DNA of 64,000 bases, taken from positions 576,001 through 640,000 of the forward strand of contig CAWELD010000003.1 of the NCBI GenBank assembly GCA_963809895.1, written 5' to 3'. A program made the translations under genes and the position numbers. Shown piece after piece: positions 34,629 through 44,202 of the stretch. The stretch's first letter is position 1; each line of letters begins with the position of its first letter. Under the pieces are notes generated by a model. That model was not told the DNA's origin and made no database searches. It was given only the letters and a program-made list of their open reading frames with translations. The DNA comes from an uncultured Gemmatimonadales bacterium (GTDB lineage: Bacteria; Gemmatimonadota; Gemmatimonadetes; Longimicrobiales; Gaopeijiaceae).

Positions 34629-35303
34629 TTGGCTGAGCCCCTGAGGGCGGCGGTGTTCGCCTCGGGCTCGGGCTCCAACTTCCAGGCGCTCCTCGACCGG
34701 GAGTCGGAAGGCGACGCGCCGTGGCGGACCGTCCTGCTGGTCAGCGACCGGGACAGCGCCGGGGCCCTGGAGCGGGCCCGCGCCGGTGGGGTCACCACCC
34801 GTGTCATCGCCGTGGGAGGAGGCCGGGACCCGCAGGCCGTGGCCGCCGAGACGCTGGAGGCGCTGGAGTCCGCCGGCGTCGACGTCATCTTCCTGGCCGG
34901 CTACCTTCGGCTGGTGCCCGCGGCGGTGGTGGCGCGGTACCGGCGGCGCATCCTCAACATCCATCCGGCGCTGCTTCCGGCGTTCGGCGGCAAGGGGATG
35001 TGGGGCCATCACGTGCACGAGGCCGTGCTGGCCTCGGGAGCACGCGTCAGCGGCCCCACGGTCCACTACGTCGACGAGCGCTACGACGAGGGCACCATCG
35101 TGGCGCAGTGGCCCGTTCCCGTGCGCCGAGACGATACCGTCGCGACCCTCGCCGCCCGGGTCCTCGCCGTGGAGCACCACTTGTACCCGCTGGCCGCGGC
35201 GCACCTGTGTCGCGCTCTGCAGGAGGGCCGTGAGCCGGGAGGGCTGGAGCTTCCCGGCGAGGCCTACCGGCTCGTGGACGAGCCTTCGGGCAGCACCCTG
35301 TGA
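34629..35303 (+). CDS. purN: Phosphoribosylglycinamide formyltransferase
   Basis: FASGSGSNFQA, LAGYL, NIHPALLP, GPTVHYV..YDEG. Confidence 0.95.
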   Translation: MAEPLRAAVFASGSGSNFQALLDRESEGDAPWRTVLLVSDRDSAGALERARAGGVTTRVIAVGGGRDPQAVAAETLEALESAGVDVIFLAGYLRLVPAAVVARYRRRILNIHPALLPAFGGKGMWGHHVHEAVLASGARVSGPTVHYVDERYDEGTIVAQWPVPVRRDDTVATLAARVLAVEHHLYPLAAAHLCRALQEGREPGGLELPGEAYRLVDEPSGSTL

Positions 35304-35340
35304 CCGAACCACCCCCGCTCAACCCAGGATCAACCAGACG

Positions 35341-36996
35341 ATGAGCCGACGCCGAGCCCTCCTCAGCGTATCGAACAAGAACGGAATCGTGGACCTCGGC
35401 CGGGGCCTGGCCCAACGCGGGTGGGAGCTGCTCTCCACCGGCGGCACGGCCCGCGCGCTGCGCGAGGCGGGGCTCGAGGTCAAGGAAGTGGCGGAGGTCA
35501 CCGGGCATCCGGAGATGATGGACGGGCGCGTGAAGACGCTGCATCCGGCGGTCCACGCCGGACTCCTCGCCCGTCGCGACCGCCCCGACGACCTCGAAGC
35601 CCTCGAAGAACAGGGCTACGCTCCCATCGATCTGGTGGCGGTGAATCTCTATCCCTTCCGCGAGACCGTCGCCCGGGGAGACGTGCCCGTCGGCGAGGCC
35701 ATGGAGAAGGTGGACATCGGCGGACCCACCATGATCCGGGCCGCGGCCAAGAACCACCGCGACGTGCTGGTCGTGGTGGATCCGAGCGATTACCCATCGG
35801 TCCTCGAGATGCTGGATCAGGGGGAAGACGGGGTAGAAGGGGAGAGCACCCTGCGTCGTCAGCTCGCCGCCAAGGTCTTTCGACACATCAGCGCCTACGA
35901 CGCCGCCGTGGCTGCGTACCTGGAGTCCGGCGAAGACGCGTCGGCGCCCTTCTCGGTGGAGGCGGCGCCTGTGCAGACGCTCCGCTACGGCGAGAACCCC
36001 GATCAGGCGGCGGCGTTCTACCGTCTGGGGGCGCGAGCCGAGGGTATTGCAGCACTCGAGAAGAAGCACGGTAAGGAACTGTCCTACAACAACATCCTGG
36101 ACCTGGACGGGGCGCTGCTCTCCCTCTCACCCTTCGCGTACTCGTCGCGCCCGGCGGTATGCATCGTCAAGCACACCACGCCTTGTGGTCTCGCCGTGGG
36201 AGACACGCTGGCGGAGGCCTATCGCCTCGCCCTGCGGACCGATCCGGTGTCGTCGTTCGGCTCGGTGATCGCCACCAACCGGCCCCTGGACCTGGCCACC
36301 GCCGAGTCGCTGAGCGAGCTCTTCGTGGAGTGCGTGGTGGCGCCGGGCTACGACGACGACGCTCTGGAGGTGGTGACGCGCAAGAAGAACATCCGGGTGC
36401 TGGTGTCGCCGCCGGTCACGGAACCCGTCGAGGGCGAGCCCGAAGGGGGATGGTGGTCCTCCGCCGATGCCGGCCTCAGGGGCGCTGCCCGCTTCCTGGC
36501 GTCGCACTCCCGGCGCCCCGACCCCCGGGTGTTCCGGAGCGTCTACGGGGGGGTCCTGGTGCAGGCGCCGCCCCGGCCGCCGTTCTACGAGGTGGAGGGT
36601 CCGGACTGGACGGTGGCCACGGCCCGCCGGCCCGAGGAGGCCGAGTGGAACGACCTGCGCTTCGCGTGGGCCGCCATCTTCGGGGTCAAGTCCAACGCGA
36701 TTCTCCTGGCTGGGGGCGGCGCCACGCTGGGCATCGGAGCCGGCCAGATGAGCCGCGTGGATTCCTCGCGCATCGCCGTCATGAAGGCTGCCGACGCCGG
36801 CATCGACCTGGAGGGCGCGGTGCTGGCCTCCGATGCCTTCTTCCCCTTCCGCGACGGTGTGGACGCCGCGGCGGAGGCGGGCGTGCGCGCCATCGTCCAG
36901 CCTGGCGGCTCCATCCGGGACGACGAGGTGATCGCCGCGGCCGACGAGCACGGCATGGCCATGGTGCTCACGGGCCGGAGGCTGTTCCGGCACTGA
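35341..36996 (+). CDS. purH: Bifunctional AICAR formyltransferase/IMP cyclohydrolase
   Basis: [66 protein letters not shown]. Confidence 0.96.
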   Translation: MSRRRALLSVSNKNGIVDLGRGLAQRGWELLSTGGTARALREAGLEVKEVAEVTGHPEMMDGRVKTLHPAVHAGLLARRDRPDDLEALEEQGYAPIDLVAVNLYPFRETVARGDVPVGEAMEKVDIGGPTMIRAAAKNHRDVLVVVDPSDYPSVLEMLDQGEDGVEGESTLRRQLAAKVFRHISAYDAAVAAYLESGEDASAPFSVEAAPVQTLRYGENPDQAAAFYRLGARAEGIAALEKKHGKELSYNNILDLDGALLSLSPFAYSSRPAVCIVKHTTPCGLAVGDTLAEAYRLALRTDPVSSFGSVIATNRPLDLATAESLSELFVECVVAPGYDDDALEVVTRKKNIRVLVSPPVTEPVEGEPEGGWWSSADAGLRGAARFLASHSRRPDPRVFRSVYGGVLVQAPPRPPFYEVEGPDWTVATARRPEEAEWNDLRFAWAAIFGVKSNAILLAGGGATLGIGAGQMSRVDSSRIAVMKAADAGIDLEGAVLASDAFFPFRDGVDAAAEAGVRAIVQPGGSIRDDEVIAAADEHGMAMVLTGRRLFRH

Positions 36997-37000
36997 GGGG

Positions 37001-37029
37001 TTGGTCCCGCGCGGTAGCCTGCCTATCGT
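37001..37029 (+). promoter_or_regulatory. Candidate sigma70 promoter of the tRNA-Ser gene
   Basis: TTGGTC-N17-TATCGT ending 14 nt before the tRNA. Confidence 0.4.
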
Positions 37030-37043
37030 TCCTGTCGCATCCT

Positions 37044-37127
37044 GGAGGGGTGGCAGAGCGGTTCAATGCACCGGTCTTGAAAACCGGCGGGCGCAAGCCC
37101 ACGTGGGTTCGAATCCCACCCCCTCCG
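37044..37127 (+). tRNA. tRNA-Ser (anticodon TGA); CCA not encoded
   Basis: Acceptor GGAGGGG/CCCCTCC plus G discriminator. Anticodon arm CCGGT-CTTGAAA-ACCGG. Variable arm GGGC-GCAA-GCCC. T arm GTGGG-TTCGAAT-CCCAC. Confidence 0.95.
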
Positions 37128-37522
37128 CTTAACCGCATCACTTCGCTCCCGATACCGGGAGCCCCTCGGTCCCCCGCGGAAGAACCCACGCGCGCTTCGC
37201 CAGAAGCGCGCCTCGTGGGTTCGACGCTCTCGAGCAAAGCTGGGTTCGGAGACCCTCACGCCGACCGAGGAGCGCAGCGAGGATGCGCCGCAGGCGCACC
37301 GCAGGTGAATCCCACCCCCTCCGCTTGGTCGCATCACTTCGCTCCCGATGCCGGGAGCCCCTCGGTCCCCCGCGGAAGAACCCACGCGCGCTTCGCCAGA
37401 AGCGCGCCTCGTGGGTTCGACGCTCTCGAGCAAAGCTGTGTTCGGAGACCCTCACGCCGACCGAGGAGCGCAGCGAGGATGCGCCGCAGGCGCACCGCAG
37501 GTGAATCCCACCCCCTCCGCTT
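37111..37522 (+). repeat. tRNA-linked tandem repeat: two 196-bp units, each ending in a copy of the tRNA 3' end
   Basis: GAATCCCACCCCCTCCGCTT at 37111, 37307 and 37503 (period 196). Units 37131-37326 and 37327-37522 differ at 5 positions by my reading. Confidence 0.92.
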
Positions 37523-39221
37523 AGTTCAGAGCACAGGTGATCAGGGGTGTGCCGTCCCATTGTTGCAGCTGCTCGCTGCAGTGGTAGTGATCTCTCAGGT
37601 ACTCGGCGACTTCCGGTGGGAAATCACGTGCCCCATACGGCATCTTCAGGTAGGCGCTGGGTAATCGAGTCAGAACCGCGTGGGAGACTCGTCCGCTCTG
37701 GAGGTAGCCCAGGAGTGGCTCGACGCTGGCAACGCCGTTGTCCACCATCAGAGTGAACATCGAGGCGTCGTAGACCAGAGGAGTCTGTCCAGCTGCGAGA
37801 AGTTCCTGTGTGTATTCGGGATCTCCCAGCACGAAACCTCCCTCGGGCACAGGCAACGCACGCAGGATCTGTGTCGTGCGCGTCTCCAACTCGGTGGCTT
37901 GACCGTAGGAGCGCGAGAGCAACGCTCCTTGATCCGGAAGTTGCGTCACGATCAGGGCGATCAGAAGGGTGCTCGTGGCCAGGCTCACAGCCGACCCCGA
38001 ACCGGCCGCATTGGACGCTTCCGATGTCTCTTGGCTCCAATCCCACGTTCCGATGAGAAGGCTGCCCAGGATCACGAACTCGAGGAAATAGTTCGCCGAA
38101 CTTCCCGGTCTTCCGATCGAGAGGAAGAAGAGCCCGAGTGCGATCATGGGCGCCGCGGCAACCGCACCGCGCCGCCCCCACCACCTCCGCGGTGTGACGA
38201 GGGTACCGACGGCCGCAGCCAGAACCACGGTGGTGAAGGCACGGGGGAGGAAGGTGAGGACCCCGTATCTGATGATCTTTTCGGGAAGGAGGTGGGCCGC
38301 GTTCGCCGACACAGTGAAGAGCCAGATGCCGCCATCGGTCGGCGCCCACAGAAGTCCATACACCGCGAAGAACGTTCCGCCCGCAACCGAAGCCAGGGCA
38401 ATCGCCCGGGCTGCCTGACGCCTCGCGAGCAGGTGCAGGATCACGGTCAGGAAGGCGGCGATCAGGGTATACTTCACGAGGAAGCCCGCCCCGAAAAGCA
38501 GACCCGCAAGCCAGATCCAGCCGCGAGACTCGCCGAAGCCCCAACGTAGATAGGCTGCGAGTCCAAACGTGGTGAACGACGCCGCCACGAATTCCGGCTT
38601 GGTCGGCGGTCCGCTCCAGGTAAGCACTGGAAACAGGGCGATGAAGAGGGCAGATGGGACGTACCAGCGGCGCCGGCAGAGATCGATCCCCGCCATGCCG
38701 AGGGCGCCCGCGACGCCGACCACCCCGAATACGGTCAGCCCTCGAAGCACGACCGGAGCACCGCCGAAGAGGGCCAGCAGCAGTCGGGCAAGCAGGTAGT
38801 AGCCAGGCGGATAGATCGGTGTTACGAAAGGTGGCTCGTGGATCCACTCCGATGAATAGAGATCCACGATGCTCTTGCCCGTAACGCCGTATTGGTAGAT
38901 GACCTCGCCCGTCCAGGTATCGGGGATCATCCCCAGCAGGTACTTGACCAGCAGGACGGCCGTCAGACCGCAACCGGTGACCAACGCGTATCGGAGAGCC
39001 AACTCGGCTCGGGGCTCCGAGTCTCGGTGACGGAGGGTGATCCACAGACTGACAACCGCGGCCAGGCTCAGGCCGATAAACAGAAGGTCGACGTTCTGCC
39101 AATCCGGAAGGAGCCGCGCGAGCGGAGCACGGCGGGGTACCGTCTCCAGTGCGAGGAACGCACAAAGGACCGCACAGGTGGCCAGCCCGATGGCCGGCAG
39201 GCGATTCGATGTCGATTTCAC
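37521..39221 (-). CDS. Multi-pass membrane glycosyltransferase (GT-C; ArnT/PMT-like)
   Basis: 566 aa with many TM helices, YPPGYY loop, KPE motif and 'GFLVKYT'. Lower GC than the flanks. Confidence 0.7.
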   Translation of the reverse strand: MKSTSNRLPAIGLATCAVLCAFLALETVPRRAPLARLLPDWQNVDLLFIGLSLAAVVSLWITLRHRDSEPRAELALRYALVTGCGLTAVLLVKYLLGMIPDTWTGEVIYQYGVTGKSIVDLYSSEWIHEPPFVTPIYPPGYYLLARLLLALFGGAPVVLRGLTVFGVVGVAGALGMAGIDLCRRRWYVPSALFIALFPVLTWSGPPTKPEFVAASFTTFGLAAYLRWGFGESRGWIWLAGLLFGAGFLVKYTLIAAFLTVILHLLARRQAARAIALASVAGGTFFAVYGLLWAPTDGGIWLFTVSANAAHLLPEKIIRYGVLTFLPRAFTTVVLAAAVGTLVTPRRWWGRRGAVAAAPMIALGLFFLSIGRPGSSANYFLEFVILGSLLIGTWDWSQETSEASNAAGSGSAVSLATSTLLIALIVTQLPDQGALLSRSYGQATELETRTTQILRALPVPEGGFVLGDPEYTQELLAAGQTPLVYDASMFTLMVDNGVASVEPLLGYLQSGRVSHAVLTRLPSAYLKMPYGARDFPPEVAEYLRDHYHCSEQLQQWDGTPLITCALN

Positions 39222-39290
39222 CGGGGCGTACCGGCAGAAGGCGGGTGGTCAGCGAAGGCAGGTTACCCGCTTGGGGGGCCGTGGGCAACC

Positions 39291-39863
<573 letters not shown>

Positions 39864-39955
39864 GCGGGCCGTGGGGGCGAGGTCGGAGCGCGCGTTGCCG
39901 GCTCGCCCTCCCAACCCCGTGGACGGCGACACGGTTCCGGGCGAAGTTACCCTGC

Positions 39956-40570
39956 ATGAACGCAGGCGTCCGGCTGGTCCAGTCCTATCTCTATCTGAAC
40001 GGCTACTTCACGGTGACCGAGCTTCCGGTCATCCGTGGGATGCGCGGCGGCGGGTACGAGGAGATCACGGATCTCGACGTGCTCGCCATCCGCTTTCCGC
40101 GGGCCGAGTACGTCATCGCTCGTGGCCGCCCCGGGCCCCACGACGACCTGCACATGGGCACCGACAAGGTGCTGGTGGACGAGGCGGGCATCGTGGACGT
40201 GCTCATCGCCGAGGTGAAGGAAGGCAAAGCCCGGGTGAACGACGCGCTCCGGCGGACCGATGCCCTGGACACGGCGCTCCGGCGAGTGGGATGCTGTCCC
40301 GATTCGCTCCTGGAGCACGCGGTGGGCGAGCTCCAGCAGAACGGCGTCGTGCGTCTGGATCAGAAGGAGGCGGGCATCCCTACGCGCATCCGCCTGCTGG
40401 CGTTCGGCGAGGGAGCGACGGGTGAGCGGCGCGGCTATCAGGTCGTGAGCCTTCGGCACGTCGCGCACTTCGTGGAACGCCATCTCGACCGGTATCACGA
40501 CGTCCTGCAGCCCGCCGACCTGGGCGATACGCCGCTGGGGTTCCTGCACCTGCTCCGCAAGCTTCGTTGA
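39956..40570 (+). CDS. Hypothetical protein, probable PD-(D/E)xK nuclease fold
   Basis: LVQSYLYLNGYF, then TDLDVLA...IAEVKEG, matching a D...E-x-K arrangement. Confidence 0.6.
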   Translation: MNAGVRLVQSYLYLNGYFTVTELPVIRGMRGGGYEEITDLDVLAIRFPRAEYVIARGRPGPHDDLHMGTDKVLVDEAGIVDVLIAEVKEGKARVNDALRRTDALDTALRRVGCCPDSLLEHAVGELQQNGVVRLDQKEAGIPTRIRLLAFGEGATGERRGYQVVSLRHVAHFVERHLDRYHDVLQPADLGDTPLGFLHLLRKLR

Positions 40571-40584
40571 CCCCCGCGCGGGGT

Positions 40585-40620
40585 CCCGTCACGGGATCCT
40601 GACGTCCGTGACGGGGTTTT
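40585..40620 (+). terminator. Putative intrinsic terminator
   Basis: CCCGTCACGG / CCGTGACGGG 10-bp stem followed by GTTTT, 14 nt after the stop at 40570. Confidence 0.5.
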
Positions 40621-40675
40621 GAGCCGGCGGACGATCCGAGCCGGCCCAGCAGCCAATCAGGAGAACGACACGCAA

Positions 40676-41920
40676 GTGAGCACGTGGCAACGCAGGAAGA
40701 CCGTGGAGGTCCGGGTCGGCAACGTGGCCGTGGGCGGCGACCATCCGGTGGTGGTCCAGTCCATGACCAACACCGACACGGCCGATCCGAGCTCCACGGC
40801 CGACCAGGTCGTGGATCTGGCCCGGGCGGGGAGCGAGCTGGTCCGCATCACCGTGAACACCGACGAGGCCGCGGCGGCGGTTCCGGAGATCGTCGCGCGG
40901 GTGCAGGACGCGGGCTTCGACGTCCCCATCATCGGTGACTTCCACTACAACGGGCACCTCCTGCTGACCCGGCATCCCTCCTGCGCCGAGGCCCTCGCCA
41001 AGTACCGGATCAATCCCGGCAACGTGGGCACCAAGCACCGGGACAAGAACTTCACCGACATCGTCCAGGTGGCCATCGACCACGGCAAGCCGGTGCGCAT
41101 CGGCGTGAACTGGGGATCGCTGGACCAGCGCCTCCTCACCGAGCTCATGGACGCCAACGCCGAGCGGAGCGAGCCCAAGGACGCCCGCGAGGTGCTGCTG
41201 GACGCCATGGTGGAGAGCGCGCTGCGCTCGGCGGCGCTGGCCGAGGAGGTGGGGCTCCCCCACGACGCCATCATCCTGTCGGCCAAGGTCTCGGGGGTGC
41301 CGGACCTCATCGACGTCTACCGCATGCTCGCGCCGCGCTCCGATTACCCGCTCCACCTTGGACTCACCGAAGCCGGCATGGGGGCCAAGGGCATCGTGGC
41401 CACCACGGCGGGTCTGGCGCCGCTCCTCATGGAAGGGATCGGCGACACCATCCGGGTCTCCCTGACTCCCGAGCCCGGCGGCGACCGCGCCCAGGAGGTC
41501 CGGGTGGCGCAGCAGATCCTCCAGTCCATGGGGATTCGGAGCTTCGAGCCCCAGGTGACCTCGTGCCCCGGCTGCGGCCGCACCACCTCCACCTTCTTCC
41601 AGGAGATGGCGCAGGACATCCAGGGCTACATCCGCGACATGATGCCCGAGTGGAGGGAGCGCTACCCCGGCGTGGAGGAGCTGGACGTGGCCGTCATGGG
41701 CTGCGTGGTGAACGGGCCCGGCGAGTCCAAGCACGCCAATCTTGGGATCAGCCTACCGGGGACCTTCGAGGAGCCCAAGGCGCCCGTGTACGTGGACGGC
41801 GAGCACTACACCACGCTCAAGGGCGAGGGATTGGTGGCCGAGTTCAAGGCCATCCTGGACGACTACGTGCGGACGCGTTACGGCGCGGAGGCGTCGCAGG
41901 AGGCACCCGCCTCGGCCTGA
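40676..41920 (+). CDS. ispG: (E)-4-hydroxy-3-methylbut-2-enyl-diphosphate synthase
   Basis: AGGAG RBS then [54 protein letters not shown]. Confidence 0.96.
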   Translation: MSTWQRRKTVEVRVGNVAVGGDHPVVVQSMTNTDTADPSSTADQVVDLARAGSELVRITVNTDEAAAAVPEIVARVQDAGFDVPIIGDFHYNGHLLLTRHPSCAEALAKYRINPGNVGTKHRDKNFTDIVQVAIDHGKPVRIGVNWGSLDQRLLTELMDANAERSEPKDAREVLLDAMVESALRSAALAEEVGLPHDAIILSAKVSGVPDLIDVYRMLAPRSDYPLHLGLTEAGMGAKGIVATTAGLAPLLMEGIGDTIRVSLTPEPGGDRAQEVRVAQQILQSMGIRSFEPQVTSCPGCGRTTSTFFQEMAQDIQGYIRDMMPEWRERYPGVEELDVAVMGCVVNGPGESKHANLGISLPGTFEEPKAPVYVDGEHYTTLKGEGLVAEFKAILDDYVRTRYGAEASQEAPASA

Positions 41921-41934
41921 GGGCCTCAGTCGGC

Positions 41935-43416
41935 TCAGCGATCCTGGCCGTTGCCCGGGACCTGGGCTCGCGCCCGCCGTACGTAGTCGGTCACGTGCTC
42001 GCCGTAGCGTTCCACCAACGGCTTCCGGTAGTCATCCCCCCGGATCACCCCGCGGCAGCCGGCTGAGCCGCACGAGCACTCGAAGTCGGGCATCTGCTCG
42101 TTGTACATGGTGGCGTAGTCCAGGGTGATCTCCTCGCCCCGCGCCAGGGGCCGGCGGGCTACCACGTCGAGGCCCTCGATCCACGCCGAAGGGTCGCAGG
42201 AGTGGTTCACCGGCATCCATTCCATGGGATTCCGGCTCCAGGTGACCCAGACCTCGTCGGTGAGGGGCCAGGCGTAGCGGCGGAACCAGTCCAGTTCGCG
42301 CTCGCCCCAGCTCGCCTCCACGTGAGCCCGCGACACCAGCGTGTGCTCGCCCTCCTCGAAGCGAATCAGGACGTCGCCGGGCCGCACGTCACGGGTGGCG
42401 AACAGGCCGTAATCGCCACCGGGGCGGGGCAGGACCTCCCAGCCGGTGCGGCGGAGCTCCTGGCGCCGCAGCGCCGCAGCGACGATCTGCCGGGTGAAGC
42501 CTGGGTGCCCGGCCGGATCGTGCTGGAGGATGAGGTCGGCGCTCCCGGGGTCTTCGAGGGGATAATAGAGGCCGCAATTGGGATTGATCTCGAGCATGAA
42601 GGTGCGGCCATCGCGGTCCACGCGGAGGTCGCAGCGGCCGTAGCCCGCGCCGCCCAGGCCCTGGAAGAAGCGCGCGGATTCGGTCCGCAGGCGCGCGTCC
42701 AGCTCCGGGTCCTGCACGGGGCTCGCGTGCAGCCCGTGATAGTCCTCCCACTTGAGATCCCAGTGCTTGAAGGTCTCGCCCTCGGGGAAGCGGTAGCGGA
42801 TGGGCACGTAGGTGGTGGGGTTGTCCGGGTCCTCGGGGTCTTCCGCCACCAGCACCGTGCACTCCATGCCCTCGATGAATTCCTCCACCAGCGCGCCGCC
42901 GTAGCGGCTCATCATGGTGCGGGCTTGCTGGCCGAGTGTCTCGGCCGTCTCCACCCGGGAGGCCCGGGTCAGCCCCAGGCTCGCGTAGCTGCTCGGATGC
43001 TTGACGATGAGGGGAAAACGGAGGGTGTCCAGCGCCCGCTCCAGGTCGCGCTCGTCGCGGGCGATGACGTACCCAGGGGTGCCGATGTCCCAGGCGTGGC
43101 ACACGCGCTTCATGGCCTCACGCGACGGCTCGAAGAAGCCCGAGTCCGCGCCGGTGAACGCCTGTCCCAGGCTCTCCAGCGTCTGCACGACCTCGATCCC
43201 GGGCCCGGGCTCGTCCCAGGCGGCGTCGCACAGGTTGAAGAAGACGTCGTATCCGTCGCCGGCGAGCTTGACCACCCGGGGCACCGCGTGCTCCCCGTCG
43301 AGGACGCCCAGCGTCCAGTCGGCATCGGGTAGGTGTGGACGGGGATCGCAGGGCCAGTCGCCGTCCGGAAGCGGCAGCGACGACAGGTCCTGATCGGTGA
43401 GGAGACAGATGCGCAT
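41935..43416 (-). CDS. ATP-grasp (D-Ala-D-Ala ligase-like) fused to SET domain with post-SET Cys motif
   Basis: ATP-grasp: FPLIVKH, LVEEFIEG, GYGRCDLR, FMLEINPNCG. SET: GDYGLFATRD, NHSCDP, GEEITLDY. Post-SET: CSCGSAGCRG. Start MRICLL at 43416. Confidence 0.85.
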   Translation of the reverse strand: MRICLLTDQDLSSLPLPDGDWPCDPRPHLPDADWTLGVLDGEHAVPRVVKLAGDGYDVFFNLCDAAWDEPGPGIEVVQTLESLGQAFTGADSGFFEPSREAMKRVCHAWDIGTPGYVIARDERDLERALDTLRFPLIVKHPSSYASLGLTRASRVETAETLGQQARTMMSRYGGALVEEFIEGMECTVLVAEDPEDPDNPTTYVPIRYRFPEGETFKHWDLKWEDYHGLHASPVQDPELDARLRTESARFFQGLGGAGYGRCDLRVDRDGRTFMLEINPNCGLYYPLEDPGSADLILQHDPAGHPGFTRQIVAAALRRQELRRTGWEVLPRPGGDYGLFATRDVRPGDVLIRFEEGEHTLVSRAHVEASWGERELDWFRRYAWPLTDEVWVTWSRNPMEWMPVNHSCDPSAWIEGLDVVARRPLARGEEITLDYATMYNEQMPDFECSCGSAGCRGVIRGDDYRKPLVERYGEHVTDYVRRARAQVPGNGQDR

Positions 43417-43426
43417 GCGCGTGGCG

Positions 43427-43927
43427 TCAGTCGGCGTCCGGGAGGGGCTCACCGCTGGCCCCCGCCGTGCCCGGCCGCGTATCCGGCGGTGGTCCAGCGT
43501 CGGCCCGGCGCAGGAACTCCAGCAGGGCGAGGATCCGCGGATGATCGAGCTGTCGGTTGGCCATGGGCACCTGATACTGCGCGAGCAACGCCGCCGCAAC
43601 GGTGTCGGCCACCAGCATGGAGTCGGGATTCCGGATCATGGCGGCGATCCAGGGAACGGGCCGCCGGCGCGTGACACCGGCCAGGTCGGGGCCGATGATC
43701 GCGCCCTCGCCCAGGTGATGGCACGCCGAGCAGTTCCTGCGGAAATACCAGGCGCCGGCGTCGGCCAGCGTTTGATCGATGGGGGCGCCCGGACCAGGGA
43801 GGGGCGCACTGGCGAGGGCGGGATCCAGGGTGGGCCCGCGCTCGCAGCCCGTCAGCGCCAACGCGAGGGCGGCGAACGACGAGAACCAGGCCGACACCCG
43901 TGGTCGGCGATGGGTCGGACGAATCAT
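43427..43927 (-). CDS. Monoheme cytochrome c lipoprotein
   Basis: Lipobox ALTGC, CSACH heme motif, GPDLAGV, distal Met (VPM). Start may be 43897. Confidence 0.85.
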   Translation of the reverse strand: MIRPTHRRPRVSAWFSSFAALALALTGCERGPTLDPALASAPLPGPGAPIDQTLADAGAWYFRRNCSACHHLGEGAIIGPDLAGVTRRRPVPWIAAMIRNPDSMLVADTVAAALLAQYQVPMANRQLDHPRILALLEFLRRADAGPPPDTRPGTAGASGEPLPDAD

Positions 43928-44202
43928 GCGATAGGATAGCAGACACGGGCCCGATGGGAACCCCGGCTCCCGCAGCATCGTCACCTTCGTCCGATTCGCG
44001 CATTGCCCCATCGGCGATCCTCCGCATAAAATGCGCGAGGCCCCTCCTGCGTATGGACTATCGTAGACAACGGACACGTCGGAGGCGCCGGGAGACGCGA
44101 AAGGCAACGGTCGGGTGGTGGGGTGACGTCTCACCGTTCGATGGATTCCTTCCGGACCCTGCGCCCGCCTGTCCAGCCACTCAGCCGCGAGCCTGCCGAT
44201 CC

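Noticed and set aside
37044..37127. tRNA-Sec (selC), given selA nearby
   Set aside because: The anticodon is TGA (reads UCA, Ser), not TCA, and the 7-bp acceptor stem is canonical.
37111..37522. CRISPR array (three copies of a 20-bp repeat)
   Set aside because: The intervening sequences are 176 nt and nearly identical to each other, the repeat is the tRNA 3' end, and no cas genes are present.
41935..43927. SET domain methylating the adjacent cytochrome c (analogy to fungal cytochrome c lysine methyltransferase)
   Set aside because: The predicted mature cytochrome has no lysine and is exported, while the SET fusion looks cytoplasmic.
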